Assembly (NCBI RefSeq): GCF_046119375.1
Contig: NW_027362761.1
Span: forward strand, 548,328,001 to 548,392,000
DNA: 64,000 nucleotides
Source of the DNA: Phyllobates terribilis
Taxonomy: Eukaryota
Reading direction: 5' to 3'
Notes under the pieces: generated by a model
Databases searched by the model: none
What the model was told of the DNA's origin: nothing
Seen by the model: only the letters and a program-made list of their open reading frames with translations
Shown: piece by piece, positions 1 through 12,809 of the stretch
How the letters are laid out: each line of letters starts with the position of its first letter
Position numbering within the stretch: the first letter of the stretch is position 1
Made by a program: the position numbers and the translations under genes

Positions 1-221
1 AAAGTGCAATTCCACAATTTTTTTTGTGTTTTTTATTTACCATGATAAATATATGGTAAAAGGGACCTGGCAATGCGATTCCTCCAGTCAGTATGAAATA
101 CCAAACATAGCTTTTTTATATTTAAGTGGTAAAAAAAAAATTCAGAAATTTGTAAAAAAAGAAAATGCTTTTGTCGCCATTTTCCGAGACTTGTAATGTT
201 CTATTTTTTTTTTCTTCCACA

Positions 222-2915
222 TTTTCCTCACCCTGATCCTCCTTCCTCCCACCATGCTGAGTGCTTGGAGACAACTGATCACACACTCCGAATAGCTGTT
301 CACTTTTCCATTTATAGATGCTGGCCTCTCGCCTGGTCAGCTTCAAGCGGGGCAAAAGGAGATCGCATGTAGCGATGCCAAAATATTTGAGCAGCCACGG
401 TCACATGAAGGCAATGGCAGGAAAGTGCAATTACTGTCACAAGTGGTGGATGATGATGAGACACAATTGCCAGAAAGTCAGGAGGAGAACCAGGCAGCGG
501 AAGTGGAAGATGAGGTGGTGGACAATGAAATCACTAACCCAACCTGGCAAGGTGACATGCAGAGAGAGGACAGCAGCACACAGGGGGAGGGAGGCATAGC
601 ACCACAACAGGCAGGAAAAAACAGTGTGGTGGCCAAAGACACAAGACGGGCAACATGACGGAAGTTGTCGGTCCAACTGTTTGGTCTTCCCAAGTCTGGT
701 TCTTTTTCAAAGACTGTCCAGATAACCCCAAAGAGGCCATTTGCAACATCTGCCAGGCCAGCATCAGCAGCGGCAGCAGAATTACCAGCCTGACCACCAC
801 CAGCATGCTCAGGCACATGACAGCAAAACACCCGACTAAGTGGGCTGAACACCAGGATCCAGAAACAGTGTCTGCGGATGACACCACTGCTTGTTCACCT
901 TTTGTGCGTGCACGCCAATTCACTGTTCGTGGTGCAGGTGAATGTGCCTCCTTTTACGCTCATGGAGATTTTTGCAACCTATTGGCGGCACCGTTCTTTT
1001 AGAACTCGGTCCCCAGCCGCCACTATTTCTCTGTGTGCCGTCCCCGCATTACACAAGAACGTGTCCCAAAACATTAGCCGTTCCTTCAACAGCGCAGTTA
1101 CTGGTAAGGTCCACCTAACCACGGACACGTGGACAAGTGCTTGTGGCCAGAGATGGTACATCTCGCTGATGGCACACTGGGTTAATATAGTGGAAGCCGG
1201 GACCCAGTCAGACCATGGGACAGAACACGTCCTCCTGACGCCGAGGATTGTGGGCCCTGGGTCAATCTTGGTTGATCCCACTTTCTACAGCTCCTGCACC
1301 TCCTCCTCCTAAGCCTCCTCAGCCTCCATTTCTGAAATGACCACATCAGTCACCCAACTGGAAGCACTTGAGCACTGCCTCGGCCAAGCGGCAACAGGCT
1401 GTGCTGAAGCTAATATGATTAGGGGACAAACCGCACACCTCTGAAGAGTTGTTGACAGCTGTAACAGAGAGGGCAGATCTGTGGCTGTCACCACTGAACC
1501 TACCGCCTGGCATGGTCGTGTGTGACAATGGCCGGAACATGGTGGCGGCTCTGAAACTAGGCAACCTCACACACATACCATGCCTGGCCCATGTGCCCAA
1601 ACTAGTGGCTCAGCAGTTTCTCAAAACCTACCCGGATCTGCCTGATCTGCCTGTCAAAATACGCCATGTGGGTGCCCATTTCAGAAAGTAGCCTACAGCT
1701 TTGGCTGCCCTCACCGTGCTTCAGCAGCGTTTGCAGTTTCCAGCTCACCTACTTGTGTGCGATGTCACCATGCATTGGAACTCAACCTTGCAGATGTTGG
1801 GAAGGATTTCTGAGCAGCAGAGAGCAGTTGTTGATTACCAGCTTTAACACACCTGAAGACTTCAAGGTCAGCCTCTGCACATAAGAACTGAGGAGTGGGC
1901 ATGGATGTCAGACATCTATGTCATCCTCCAAAACTTTGAGGACTCCACTAAGATGGTGAGTGGTGATGACAACATAATTAGAGTCATCATCCCGCTTCTC
2001 TGTCTTCTGAAATGCTAACTATTCACAATTAATGAGGAGGCATTGCAGGAAGAGCATGATGAGATGGAGACAGGAACCATACAGGGTGATGCCACACAGC
2101 CCTGCCTCATCTCATCCCAATGCAGATTGGGTGCTAATGAGGAGGAAGAGGATGAATAGAAACAGAAGTTGGTTTCCTGCGCTACAGACGGTACTATCCA
2201 CACCACATTCATACCGCCTGTTCAGCATGGAAGGCCTGGGGAAAGGGAGAATGAGGAGGAGGAGGATGAGGAGGAGAGCATGGACAGTCATCCTCTTGTT
2301 AAGGATAGGAAAGACTTGGCTGGTAGAAGTCTGGCACACATGGCTGACTTTATGTTACGCTGCCTTTCCCATGACCCCTGCATTGTACGCATTTAGGCCT
2401 ACAGTAATTACTGGTTAGTCACATTTCTAGACCCACGCTACAAGGAGAACTTTCTATCTCTCATTCCAGTGTCGGAGAGGTCTAGTAAAATGTTGCAGTA
2501 CCTGAAGGCCCTTGTTGCGGAATTATTAAAGGAGTCCAGGCGAGAGAGACACAAATACTATGCAGCAGAGGCAGGGGAACACTGTCAAAGGTGTGGGACA
2601 GTTTTCTCAGACCCTCCCAGCGCCTAGGCCCTAATGTGCGGGGTATTCTGACAAGGCAGGAAAAGTTTTGGAAGATGCTGAAGGACTATCTTGTCGACTG
2701 TACCAACATCTTCTGTGATTCCTCTGTGCCTTATAATTATTGGGTATCCAAGCTGGACGCGTGGCAAGAACTGGCTCTTTAAGCCTTGTAGGTCCTGACC
2801 TGCCCTGCCACTAGCATTTTATCAAAGTGGGTTTTTTGTTCCCCAGGGGAATAATAGCTGATAGGCACTGACTCTTATAAAAATAAACAAGGGTTGGATT
2901 GAACCAAACTTCTCA
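222..2915 (+). pseudogene. hAT transposase pseudogene (BED finger, DDE, dimerisation domain), many stops and frameshifts
   Basis: ORF pieces: VWFFFKDCPDNPKEAICNIC...MLRHMTAKH (BED), VHLTTDTWTS, VVCDNGRNM, HIPCLAHV, YWVSKLDAWQELAL. Confidence 0.92.
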
Positions 2916-3465
2916 ACACCACCGGATGATAGCAGCGGAACATAAAGTCAATCCAGTGGCTTTTTTTGGGATGTTTATTCCCATGCACCTCTTCACACCC
3001 AGACATGGGTATACGCTTCCTGATTTTGTCTATTTTCTGTTGTCCTCGTCCTTCTCCTCATCCTCCACCACCATATCACCAGGGTGACCGTGATGCAACA
3101 CCCACATAATTTTTTTGCAAGGGTGTTTATGATGCCAGTAGAAATTTTTTTTAGAGGCCTACCTCTAACATTCTGTATGTTATACAGTGTGCTCTGTTCA
3201 TATATACCCCCCAGAGGTCAATGTTTTTCTGCCCAAGCATGGACATTACCAGAATAGGAGACCCATTCCTTAACAATGGTAACAATTTTTTTAATGAGGG
3301 CCTCCTCAATTTCTCTTCAAAGGGTTATTGGAGTGCGTCCTAATTTTTAGCAGCCCTTTCAGTCACTGCATGGGCATTACCAGTATAGGAGACCCACTCA
3401 TTTATAATGGGAACATTTTTTTTACTGGGGCCCGTCTCTATGTCTCTTCAAAGGGGTATTGGAAT

Positions 3466-6400
3466 TAGAGATGAGCGGTGTTCGACTAGAACTGTTCGCC
3501 AATCTCAAATTCGAGCTGTTTTGGGCGGTGTTCGAGTTGTTCGACGAACCCGAACGATTTGCAAAAAATTCGGCTGTTCGAGGTTATGTTCGATAACTGT
3601 TCGTGCACCAAAAGCGTGTCCTGCATGGATTGTCTGCCACTCACTGTAATGCCACAGCCATGGTGGTTGTGGCATTACAGTGATTGCCCAAATCGATGGG
3701 AACAGTGCCAACAGTGAAACATGAAAAGCCGGCAATTCAGCAGCGGCATACACCTGTACCCGACAATTTAGAACCGAAAGAATAGAGCTTCACACATAGA
3801 TTAGATAGATATAAACATGTCAGCCACATATATACGAAGTACAGTGACAGTGTTGCTTACTGTACTTGTCATTTAGCGTAAAGGATTTATCAAAAAAAAT
3901 AATAGTGTTTTCATGCACCGTCTCTTTAAAAAAGCCGGCCGGCAATTCAGCAGCGGTACCCGACAATTTATAACAGACAGAATAGAGCTTCACACATAGA
4001 TTAGATAGATAGAAACATGTCAGTCACATATATATGAAGTACAGTGATAGTGTTGGTTACTGTACTTGTCATTTAGTATTAAAATAAAGGATTTATTATT
4101 AAAAAAATTGGCGTGGGGTTCCCCTTAATTTTAGGCTCTAGCGGAGGTTAAGCAGACGGCTGGGGCAGATGTTTGAAGCCTGGGAAGGGGGTAATACCCA
4201 CGGAGCTTCCCAGGCTACTAATATCAGCCCCCAGCTGAATACATAGCCTTTACTAGCTATTAAAATGGGGGACCCCCCCAAAAAAATGACGTGGGGTCCC
4301 CCCTAATTTAATAGCTAGCAAAGGCTAGGCAGACAGCTGGGGGCTGATATTAATAGCCCAGGAAGGGAGCCATGAATATTGGCCCCCTCCCAGGCTAGAA
4401 ACACCAGCCGTCAGCCGCCCCAGAAATGGCGCATTCATAGGATGCGCCAATTCTGGCACTTAGCCTCGCTCTTCCACGCTGCCCTGGTGCGGTGGCAGGG
4501 GGTAATAGGGTTGGGGTTGATGTCAGCTTATAATGCCAGCTGACATCAAGCCCAGGTTAGTAATGGAGAGGCGTCTATAAGACACCCCCATTACTAACCC
4601 CATAGTCAAAGTTAAAAAAAACACAAACACCCAGAATAAAGTCCTTTAATTGAAATAAAGACACAGTCCTTTATTGTTCTAAATTAAACCATACTTACCG
4701 TCACGCCCATTCCAGCTGAAGCCAACGATCTCCTGCAATAAAAGAAAAATAATAAAGCAACCTCATCCTTACCTTTCCATGGTTCCCACGACAGCTTCAG
4801 CTCTGCTACATCGAGATGACAGGCTGGACCGCAGCAGAACGCTGCCATCCAGCCTCTCATCCCGCAGACACTGAGAAGTGCAGGCTTGCTTGCGCTGCTC
4901 AGCGTCTCTCTGTGACGACATCCAGATGAGCCGAGTTCATGTCCAATGAACTCGGCTCACCTCATGCACGTCACTGACAGCGTGGGAAAATTCTCAAGCT
5001 GAAGCGCTGAGTGCAGGAGAATTTTCCCACGCTGTCAGTGACGTGCATAAGGTGAGCTCATGTCCAATGAACTCAGCTCACCTCCTGCACGTCACTGACA
5101 GCGTGGGAGAATTCTCCTGCACTCAGCGCTTCAGTGCGAGAATTCTCCCACGCTGAAGCGCTGAGTGCAGGAGAATTTTCCCACGCTGTCAGTGACGTGC
5201 ATGAAGTGAGCCGAGTTCATTGGACATTAACTCGGCTCATCTGGATGCCCTCACAGAGAGACACTGTGGAGCGCAAGCAAGCCTGCGCTTCTCAGTGTCT
5301 GCGGGATGACAGACTGGATGGCAGCGTTCTGCTGCGGTACAGCCTGTCATCTCGATGTAGCAGAGCTGAAGCTGTCATGGGAACCATGGAAAGGTAAGGA
5401 TGATGTTGCTTTATTATTTTTCTTTTATTTCAGGAGATCGTTGGCTTCAGCTGGAATGGGCGTGATGGTAAGTATGGTTTAATTTAGAACAATAAAGAAT
5501 TGTGTGTTTATTTCAATTAAAGGACTTTTTTCTGGGTGTTGTGTTTTTTTTAAATTCTTTACTAGAAATTCATGGTGGTCATGTCTAATATTGGCGTGAC
5601 CCCATGAATTTCGGGCTTAGGGCCAGCTGATAATGCCAAGCTGGCCCTAACCCCTTTATTACCCAGTGAGCCACCGCATCAGGGCCCTGGATGAGTTGGG
5701 TACAGCGCCAGAAGATGGCGCTTCTATGAACGCGCCATTTTCCAGGGTGGCTGCGGACTGCAATTTGCAGCGGGGGTGGCCCAGAAAGCTTGGGCCTCCC
5801 TGCGCTGCGGATTCCAGCCCCCAGCTGCCTAGTTGTACCTGGCTGGACACAAAAACAGGGCGAAGCCCCACGTCAATTTTCTTTAAATTATTTCATGAAA
5901 TAATTAAGAAAAAAGGGCTTCCCTATATTGTTGTGTCCGGCCAGGTACAAATAGGCAGCTGGTGGTTGGGGGCAGCCCGTTCCTGCCTGCTGTACCTGGC
6001 TGGACACAAATATAGTGCGAAGCCCCACGTCAATTTTTTTAAAATTATTTCATGAATTTCCTGAAATAATTTAAAAAAATTTAAGTGGGGCTTCGCACTA
6101 TATTTGTGTCCAGCCAGGTACAGCAGGCAGGAACGGGCTGCCCCCATCCACCAGCTGCCTATTTGTACCTGGCCGGACACAACAATATAGGGAAGCCCTT
6201 TTTTTCTTAATTATTTCATGAATTTCATGAAATAATTAAAAAAAATTGAAGTGGGGCTTCGCACAATATTTGTGTCCAGCCAGGTACAGCAGGCAGGAAC
6301 GGGCTGCCCCCAACCACCAGCTGCCTATTTGTACCTGGCCGGACACAACAATATAGGGAAGGCCTTTTTTTCTTAATTATTTCATGAATTTCATGAAATA

Positions 6401-8955
6401 ATTAAAAAAAAAGTACGTGGGGCTTCGCCCTATTTTTGTGTCCAGCCAGGTACAACTAGGCAGCTGGGGGCTGGAATCTGCAGCGCAGGGAGGCCCAAGC
6501 TTTCTGGGCCCCCCCCCGCTACAAATTGCAGTCCGCAGCCACCCCGGAAAATGGCGCGTTCATAGAAGCGCCATCTTCTGGCGCTGTACCCAACTCATCC
6601 AGGGCCCTGGTGCGGTGGCTCACTGGGTAATAAAGGGGTTAGGGCCAGCTTGGTATTATCAGCTGGCCCCAAGCCCAAAATTCATGGGGTCACGCCAGTA
6701 TTAGACATGACCGCCATGAATTTCTAGTAAAGTATTTAAAAAAAACACAACACCCAGAATAAAGTCCTTTAATTGAAATAAAGACACAATTCTTTATTGT
6801 TCTAAATTAAACCATACTTACCATCACACCCATTCCAGCTGAAGCCAACGATCTCCTGCAATAAAAGAAAAATAATAAACCAACCTCATCCTTACCTTTC
6901 CATGGTTCCCACGACAGCTTCAGCTCTGCTACATCGAGATGACTGGCTGGACCGCAGCAGAACGCTGCCATCCAGTCTGTCATCCCGCAGACACTGAGAA
7001 GCGCAGGCATGCTTGCGCTCCTCAGTGTCTCGCTGTGACGGCATCCAGATGAGCCGAGGTCATGTCCAATGAACTCGGCTCACCTCATGCACGTCACTGA
7101 CAGCGTGGGAAAATTCTCACGCTGAAGTGCTGAGTGCAGGAGAATTCTCCCACGCTGTCAGTGATGTGCATGAGGTGAGCTCATGTCCAATGAACTCAGC
7201 TCACCTCCTGCACGTCACTGACAGCGTGGGAAAATTCTCCTGCAATCAGCGCTTCAGCGTGAGAATTTTCCCACGCTGTCAGTGACGTGAATGAGGTGAG
7301 CCGAGTTCATTGGACATGAACTCGGCTCATCTGGATGTCGTCACAGAGAGACGCTGAGCAGCGCAAGCAAGCCTGCGCTTCTCAGTGTCTGCGGGATGAC
7401 AGGCTGGATGGCAGCGTTCTGCTGCGGTCCAGCCTGTCATCTCGATGTAGCAGAGCTGAAGCTGTCGTGGGAACCATGGAAAGGTAAGGATGATGTTGCT
7501 TTATTATTTTACTTTTATTGCAGGAGATCGTTGGCTTCAGCTGGAATGGGCGTGACGGTAAGTATGGTTTAATTTAGAACAATAAAGGACTGTGTCTTTA
7601 TTTCAATTAAAGGACTTTATTCTGGGTGTTTGTGTTTTTTTTAACTTTGACTATGGGGTTAGTAATGGGGGTGTCTTATAGACGCCTCTCCATTACTAAC
7701 CTGGGCTTGATGTCAGCTGGCATTATAAGCTGACATCAACCCCAACCCTATTACCCCCTGCCACCGCACCAGGGCAGCGTGGAAGAGCGAGGCTAAGTGC
7801 CAGAATTGGCGCATCCTATGAATGCGCCATTTCTGGGGCGGCTGACGGCTGGTGTTTCTAGCCTGGGAGGGGGCCAATATTCATGGCTCCCTTCCTGGGC
7901 TATTAATATCAGCCCCCAGCTGTCTGCCTAGCCTTTGCTAGCTATTAAATTAGGGGGGACCCCACGTCATTTTTTTTGGGGGGTCCCCCATTTTAATAGC
8001 TAGTAAAGGCTATGTATTCAGCTGGGGGCTGATATTAGTAGCCTGGGAAGCTCCGTGGGTATTACCCCCTTCCCAGGCTTCAAACATCTGCCCCAGCCGT
8101 CTGCTTAACCTCCGCTAGAGCCTAAAATTAAGGGGAACCCCACGCCAATTTTTTTAATAATAAATCCTTTATTTTAATACTAAATGACAAGTACAGTAAC
8201 CAACACTATCACTGTACTTCATATATATGTGACTGACATGTTTCTATCTATCTAATCTATGTGTGATGCTCTATCTTTCTGTTCTAAATTGTCGGGTACC
8301 GCTGCTGAATTGCCGGCCGGCTTTTTTAAAGAGACAGTGCATGAAAACACTATTATTTTTTTAAATAAATCCTTTACACTAAATGACAAGTACAGTAAGC
8401 AACACTATCACTGTACTTATTATATTTGTGACTGACATGTTTCTATCTATCTAATCTATGTGTGAAGCTCTATTCTTTCTGTTCTAAATTGTCGGGTACA
8501 GATGCTGAATTGCCGGCCGGCTTTTTTAAAGAGACGGTGCATGAAAACACTAATATTTTTTTTAATAAATCCTTTACACTAAATGACAAGTGCAGTAACC
8601 AACACTGTCACTGTGCTTCTTATATGTGTGACTGACATGTTTCTATCTATCTAATCTATGTGTGATGCTCTATTCCTTCTTGTCTAAATTGTCGGGTACC
8701 GGTGTATGCCGCTGCTGAATTTGCCGGCCGGCTTTTTTAAAGAGAGTGTCTTCTGAGCAGTTTGTCAGCTTTTGGACACCTTTGCAGGTGTTTTCTATGT
8801 GTTTCTATGTGTTTTTGTTTGCCTGCCATTGGTTTTAACGGTGTTCGACGGTGTTCTAAGGTGTTCGACGAACAGTTCGACGAACAGTTCCTCGAACATC
8901 CCGGTGTTCGACGAACCGAACCGAACCCGAACACTACGGGGGTGGCTCAACACTA
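3466..8955 (+). mobile_element. Non-autonomous hAT family B element with palindromic interior
   Basis: Ends TAGAGATGAGCG...GGCTCAACACTA flanked by 8-bp TSD ATTGGAAT (3458-3465, 8956-8963). Ends match those of 32084-42631. No recognisable protein inside. Confidence 0.95.
3727..8735. repeat. About 5-kb imperfect palindrome centred near 6056; each arm contains a 0.9-kb palindrome (4620-5550, 6745-7640)
   Basis: 4081-4620 is the reverse complement of 7640-8165. 5550-6050 mirrors 6065-6745. About 210-bp tandem units at both outer ends and about 175-bp units at the centre. Confidence 0.93.
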
Positions 8956-11800
8956 ATTGGAATGTGTCCTAATTTTTGACAGCCCTTGCAGTCATTGCAC
9001 ACGGAATAACTGTATAGCAGAACCGCTCCTTTATAATGCAAGCACTTTTTTAAATGAAGCCCTCCTCTATGTGTCTTTAAATTGTTATTGTTTTTTTTTC
9101 AAAATTTAGGCAGCAGTTGCAGTCACTCTATGTGTCTTTAAATTGGTATTGGCATCAAAAACGCTACATGTGAACATAGCCCAAGGTGTGGAGGAGCATT
9201 TTTTTATGGGGGGGTTATTTATATTGCCTTATATGCAAGTCATTACCCTGGAAAGGATGTTCCTTAACATTTTTGTTGCAAGAAAATCCATTTTTGTTTT
9301 GTTTTTGTATGTTTTATTGTGAGTCCGTAAAAGTGGTGTAATACTCTGACAACATTGTTCACAGCAGTGGCTTGGGAGTCAGAGATGCTTGCAGGAGTCT
9401 TCCCCATGCTGTTCCCATGTCATTTGAGCACTATTTCCATCGATTTTGGCAATTTTTAGGCCCCCTGCAGACCTCCAGGGGGGGGGGGGGGACTGCCGGA
9501 AGAATGCTCAAGTTTTCCATAGACTTACATTGGGCTTGCTGCTTGGGTACCCGAGCATTCCAATTTGCTCGACTAGAGCAATGAGCACCCGAGCATTTTA
9601 GATCTCGCTCATTACTACCTCTAAGTACTCAAAACCACTTTCAAGAAGTTTATTAACCTTTCAGGTGCTTTATAGGAATTAATGAAATGTGGAAGGAAAA
9701 ATGAAAATTTTACTTTTTTTCCCATACAAATGTTGCTTTAGCCCCAAATTTTGCATTTTCACAAGGGTAACAGGAGAAAATAGAACATACAATTTGCTGT
9801 GTGCAAAAATAAGACTTTGAAAAAAGTTAATTTCAGTGAAGCCTGCAGCATCAAATTGGATTCCTGAGCTGCCTCTAAAATCCAGAATATGATGCTGAAA
9901 ATTTTCGGAGAGGGTTGAGTCCATATGTTATCAATTGCTGAAGGGGTTGCCATATCCTAGGGCACTTTGCTGGGGTTCCCTCCTCACTAGATGAGGAGGA
10001 GGGGGTAGAAAAAATAAGGATTGTTTAATCTTCCTTACTGCCTCAATCTGTGAAGGAGGCAAGGAAAGCACATGCTGGGTGTGACGTGGGGGGTAACCCC
10101 ATCCACAACCCAGCAGCCACCACGGTGACCCCAGCGCTGAGTCACGCCTCACTTGTCGTGATGTCAGCGTGGGGTCATGTAATGCCTGTGAGCGGCCAAA
10201 GATAGCAGAAACAGCAACGTCAAGTATTTACAAAAATCCTTAGGGGCCCCGGGAGGATACATTGGGGGGGGTAAAATAAAGGACTGGACAACTTCTTTAA
10301 TAAATGGAATTGACTCTGCGATTGCCCTATCCGTTATGACTGCTGTTATTGGTACTGTCTCAGGCAGCACCAATCTCAGCATGCCACATTGATTTTTTTT
10401 TTTTTATTTTACTTTTAAAACGTGATGATTGGCTGGTCAGAATTGACTGGCCAATCACAGCAATCACTAACACGGGGAGGCGGATATCGTGAAGAGGTTA
10501 ACAATAATTATGCATTTACTGTCCTTTGTGAAATATAATGTAGCACTTTAAACTTTTATAAATGATTAGAGCCTTCCTGACATGGATTTCCAAAATAAGC
10601 GCTTCTGCCTCATCAGGTCCAAGAGATCTACGTAATAATGTGTGCAGTTTGCATTGTAAAATCTGGTGAAAGATCCACTTTAAAAGAGTCTGACTTAAAA
10701 TCTATCAATTTTTTTATGGTAAGAAAGAGTTAATGAGATAGAACAATCAGTCTTCATTGGGAACAAGAATGAGCTACACACCGAACACTTTGGACTACTT
10801 TAATAAACATCAGCATTAATAGACAATATTATTGTCTGCTGATCCCAGCAAAACATATGCTTTGTGGAAATAAGCAGATGCTATAGCCTAATCCTACAGG
10901 TTATCCTATAATTGTAGAGATGCAAACTGTTTTTTTATTAAAAATATAGTCATGCTATGGGGGAGGGTGGGGGCAAGAGCGCCAACATCTTCTCACAATA
11001 GTAGTTAATGCAGAAGACTTATGGATAAAATCGTGTGGAGCTGGGAATTAGTCAACAGAGACCTCACAAAGTGCTTCCTACACATGCTGTTCTGTCAGGC
11101 TGCACAGCGTCTTCTGCTTCAGAGGTAATTACATAGATTTTCTGTCTTGTACTTTCGAATACACAGCGCAGCACAGCACTTCACCAATGCTCGTAGCTCT
11201 GGGCTCCAGATGTATGGTGCTGGTGGAGGTTTACATATTGCATCTCAAGATTTTCAAACCACCATAAAACATGAAATCGCAAATTCTCTTCCTTTCATTG
11301 TTTTATTCCAGGGAATGGATTCTTTATCCATACTTTGTATTTAAACACTCATTTGTTTAGGATGCCGACTCCTCCGAGTCCATGGACCAGGACTGAAATG
11401 AATGCGCATGTTTAATATGGTCGTCTCCAGACAGGTGCTTCATTATTCATGTTCTGCTGATAGCAAAGCACTTTGGTTTTCTTAAAAAAAATAAAACATT
11501 CACGGTTTACAAACATTTTGCAGAGCAGTTATATAATGTCAGGAGGAATTAAGAGATGAGTTTGGATAAATGTTGGCAACATTGTATTATACAGAATTAT
11601 TACTATATATATTTTATGATCTCGGTAAGAATTTGTATTTTGAGATTATTGTCTGTTTGCTGGCTTTTTAAAACAGTTCGATGAGTCAGTGCTTTATATT
11701 ATGCAAATTGCCTCTTCGGAGAAAAAGAGGACTTGAACTCTATAGCGCCACCTATTGGAAGGTATATGACTTAGGATAAAAGCCAAATCAGAATCTCAAT

Positions 11801-11843
11801 TTGCAGACACGGTGTTCCGGGCTGTTGGCCCTCGTCAGTGCAA
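11801..11843 (-). ncRNA. Minimal type I hammerhead ribozyme (A13G variant)
   Basis: Minus strand TTGCA CTGACGA GGGC caaca GCCC GGAA CAC c GTG TC TGCAA: stems I-III and GUC cleavage triplet, with one core substitution. Confidence 0.8.
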
Positions 11844-12131
11844 CGTATGAGAACTGATTTGTCTAGATGAGAGGCTCTGGACTGAGGTCTAAGGGTTAAT
11901 TTTTCTCCTTGTGGCGAGTAACATGCCGACTCTGGCATGTCAAGGTAAGGAGGCTTATTCGCAGTGCAATGCTTCTCTGGGAAATTGAATAAGCAAATTG
12001 CCTCTTCAGAGAAAAAGAGGACTTGAAATCTATGGCACCACCTATTGGAAGCAGCAATCCTTCAAGTCACAATCAACCCTTTAACGAGTCGTGCAATATG
12101 ACTTAGGATAAAAGCCAAATCAGAATCTCAG

Positions 12132-12176
12132 TTTGCAGGCACAGTGTTTCGGGCTGTTGACCCTCGTCAGTGTAAA
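12132..12176 (-). ncRNA. Minimal type I hammerhead ribozyme (U16.1C variant)
   Basis: Minus strand TTTACA CTGACGA GGGT caaca GCCC GAAA CAC t GTG CC TGCAAA. Confidence 0.8.
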
Positions 12177-12311
12177 GTATGAGAATATGGTTCATATTAA
12201 AAACTTAAACCACTGTATTTCGGAGTTCAGATCCAACCAGAGGAAACATCCAAATAGAGATTAAATGTTTTCCCTAAGTAGAGAGGTTTTCCTATGTTTT
12301 AGAGTAACAAC

Positions 12312-12527
12312 TAGGAATGAGCCGATCTTGGATGTTTGGGTTCGTCGGGTTTGACTGAACAATAGTCCAAAGTTCGGTTCAGGTACCAGAACTCTCCCTG
12401 AACTTGAACCCAAACCCGGATTCTTTCTCTCTCTCCATCCAAACTCCGTACACTGAAATGGACTTCTGGGAGAAGTCAGTGTTCGGAACTCAACACCAGA
12501 CATCTAGTTTGGGTTCGCCCATCTCTA
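12312..12527. mobile_element. 216-bp hAT MITE
   Basis: TAGGAATGAGC...GCCCATCTCTA with flanks GTAACAAC / GTGACAAC (8-bp TSD, 1 mismatch). GTTCG motifs near both ends. Confidence 0.8.
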
Positions 12528-12809
12528 GTGACAACATATCATGAGCGTCTATGAAAGGCGGGGGTCTGAATATAGGTTAGAGTGTACATGCTGGCCATTG
12601 ACCCCAACAGATGAGCCAGTGAAAGATATAGATATGGCTACATATTTATGATTCCATGTGAATATAGATGCAATAATAAAGCAACAAGATCCAGCTCACC
12701 ACCTTAAGCCCCAATCCTGTCCAGAGCAATGAAGGCATCTCTGCCCACAGCAATGAAGAAGTTAAGTATTATCCAGCTTCATGGACATAAAATCTTCATT
12801 TATTGTTAA

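Larger units (their letters stand above)
222..9617 (+). mobile_element. hAT (Ac-type) transposon family A, 5'-truncated copy with nested family B element
   Basis: Degenerate transposase at 222-2915 is colinear with 28135-31110. 3' region 8964-9617 is homologous to about 45200-45640. Right end ...gagcacccgagcattttagatctcgctcattacta resembles the 45640 terminus. Left end not seen. Confidence 0.85.
11695..12185 (-). repeat. Tandem 1.5-mer of a 332-nt hammerhead-bearing unit (retrozyme/satellite-2-like)
   Basis: aaattgcctcttc...ctcgtcagtg...tatgagaa is repeated. Ribozyme cores lie 332 nt apart. Octamer ATGCAAAT at 11701. Confidence 0.75.

Noticed and set aside
3641-3683. Hairpin as a pre-miRNA
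   Set aside because: Only 43 nt with a 3-nt loop, shorter than a normal pre-miRNA, and part of a transposon end.
11050-11440. Possible host exons (AG/GT-bounded stretches, e.g. DADSSESMDQD*)
   Set aside because: No recognisable protein similarity or consistent exon chain. Needs RNA-seq.
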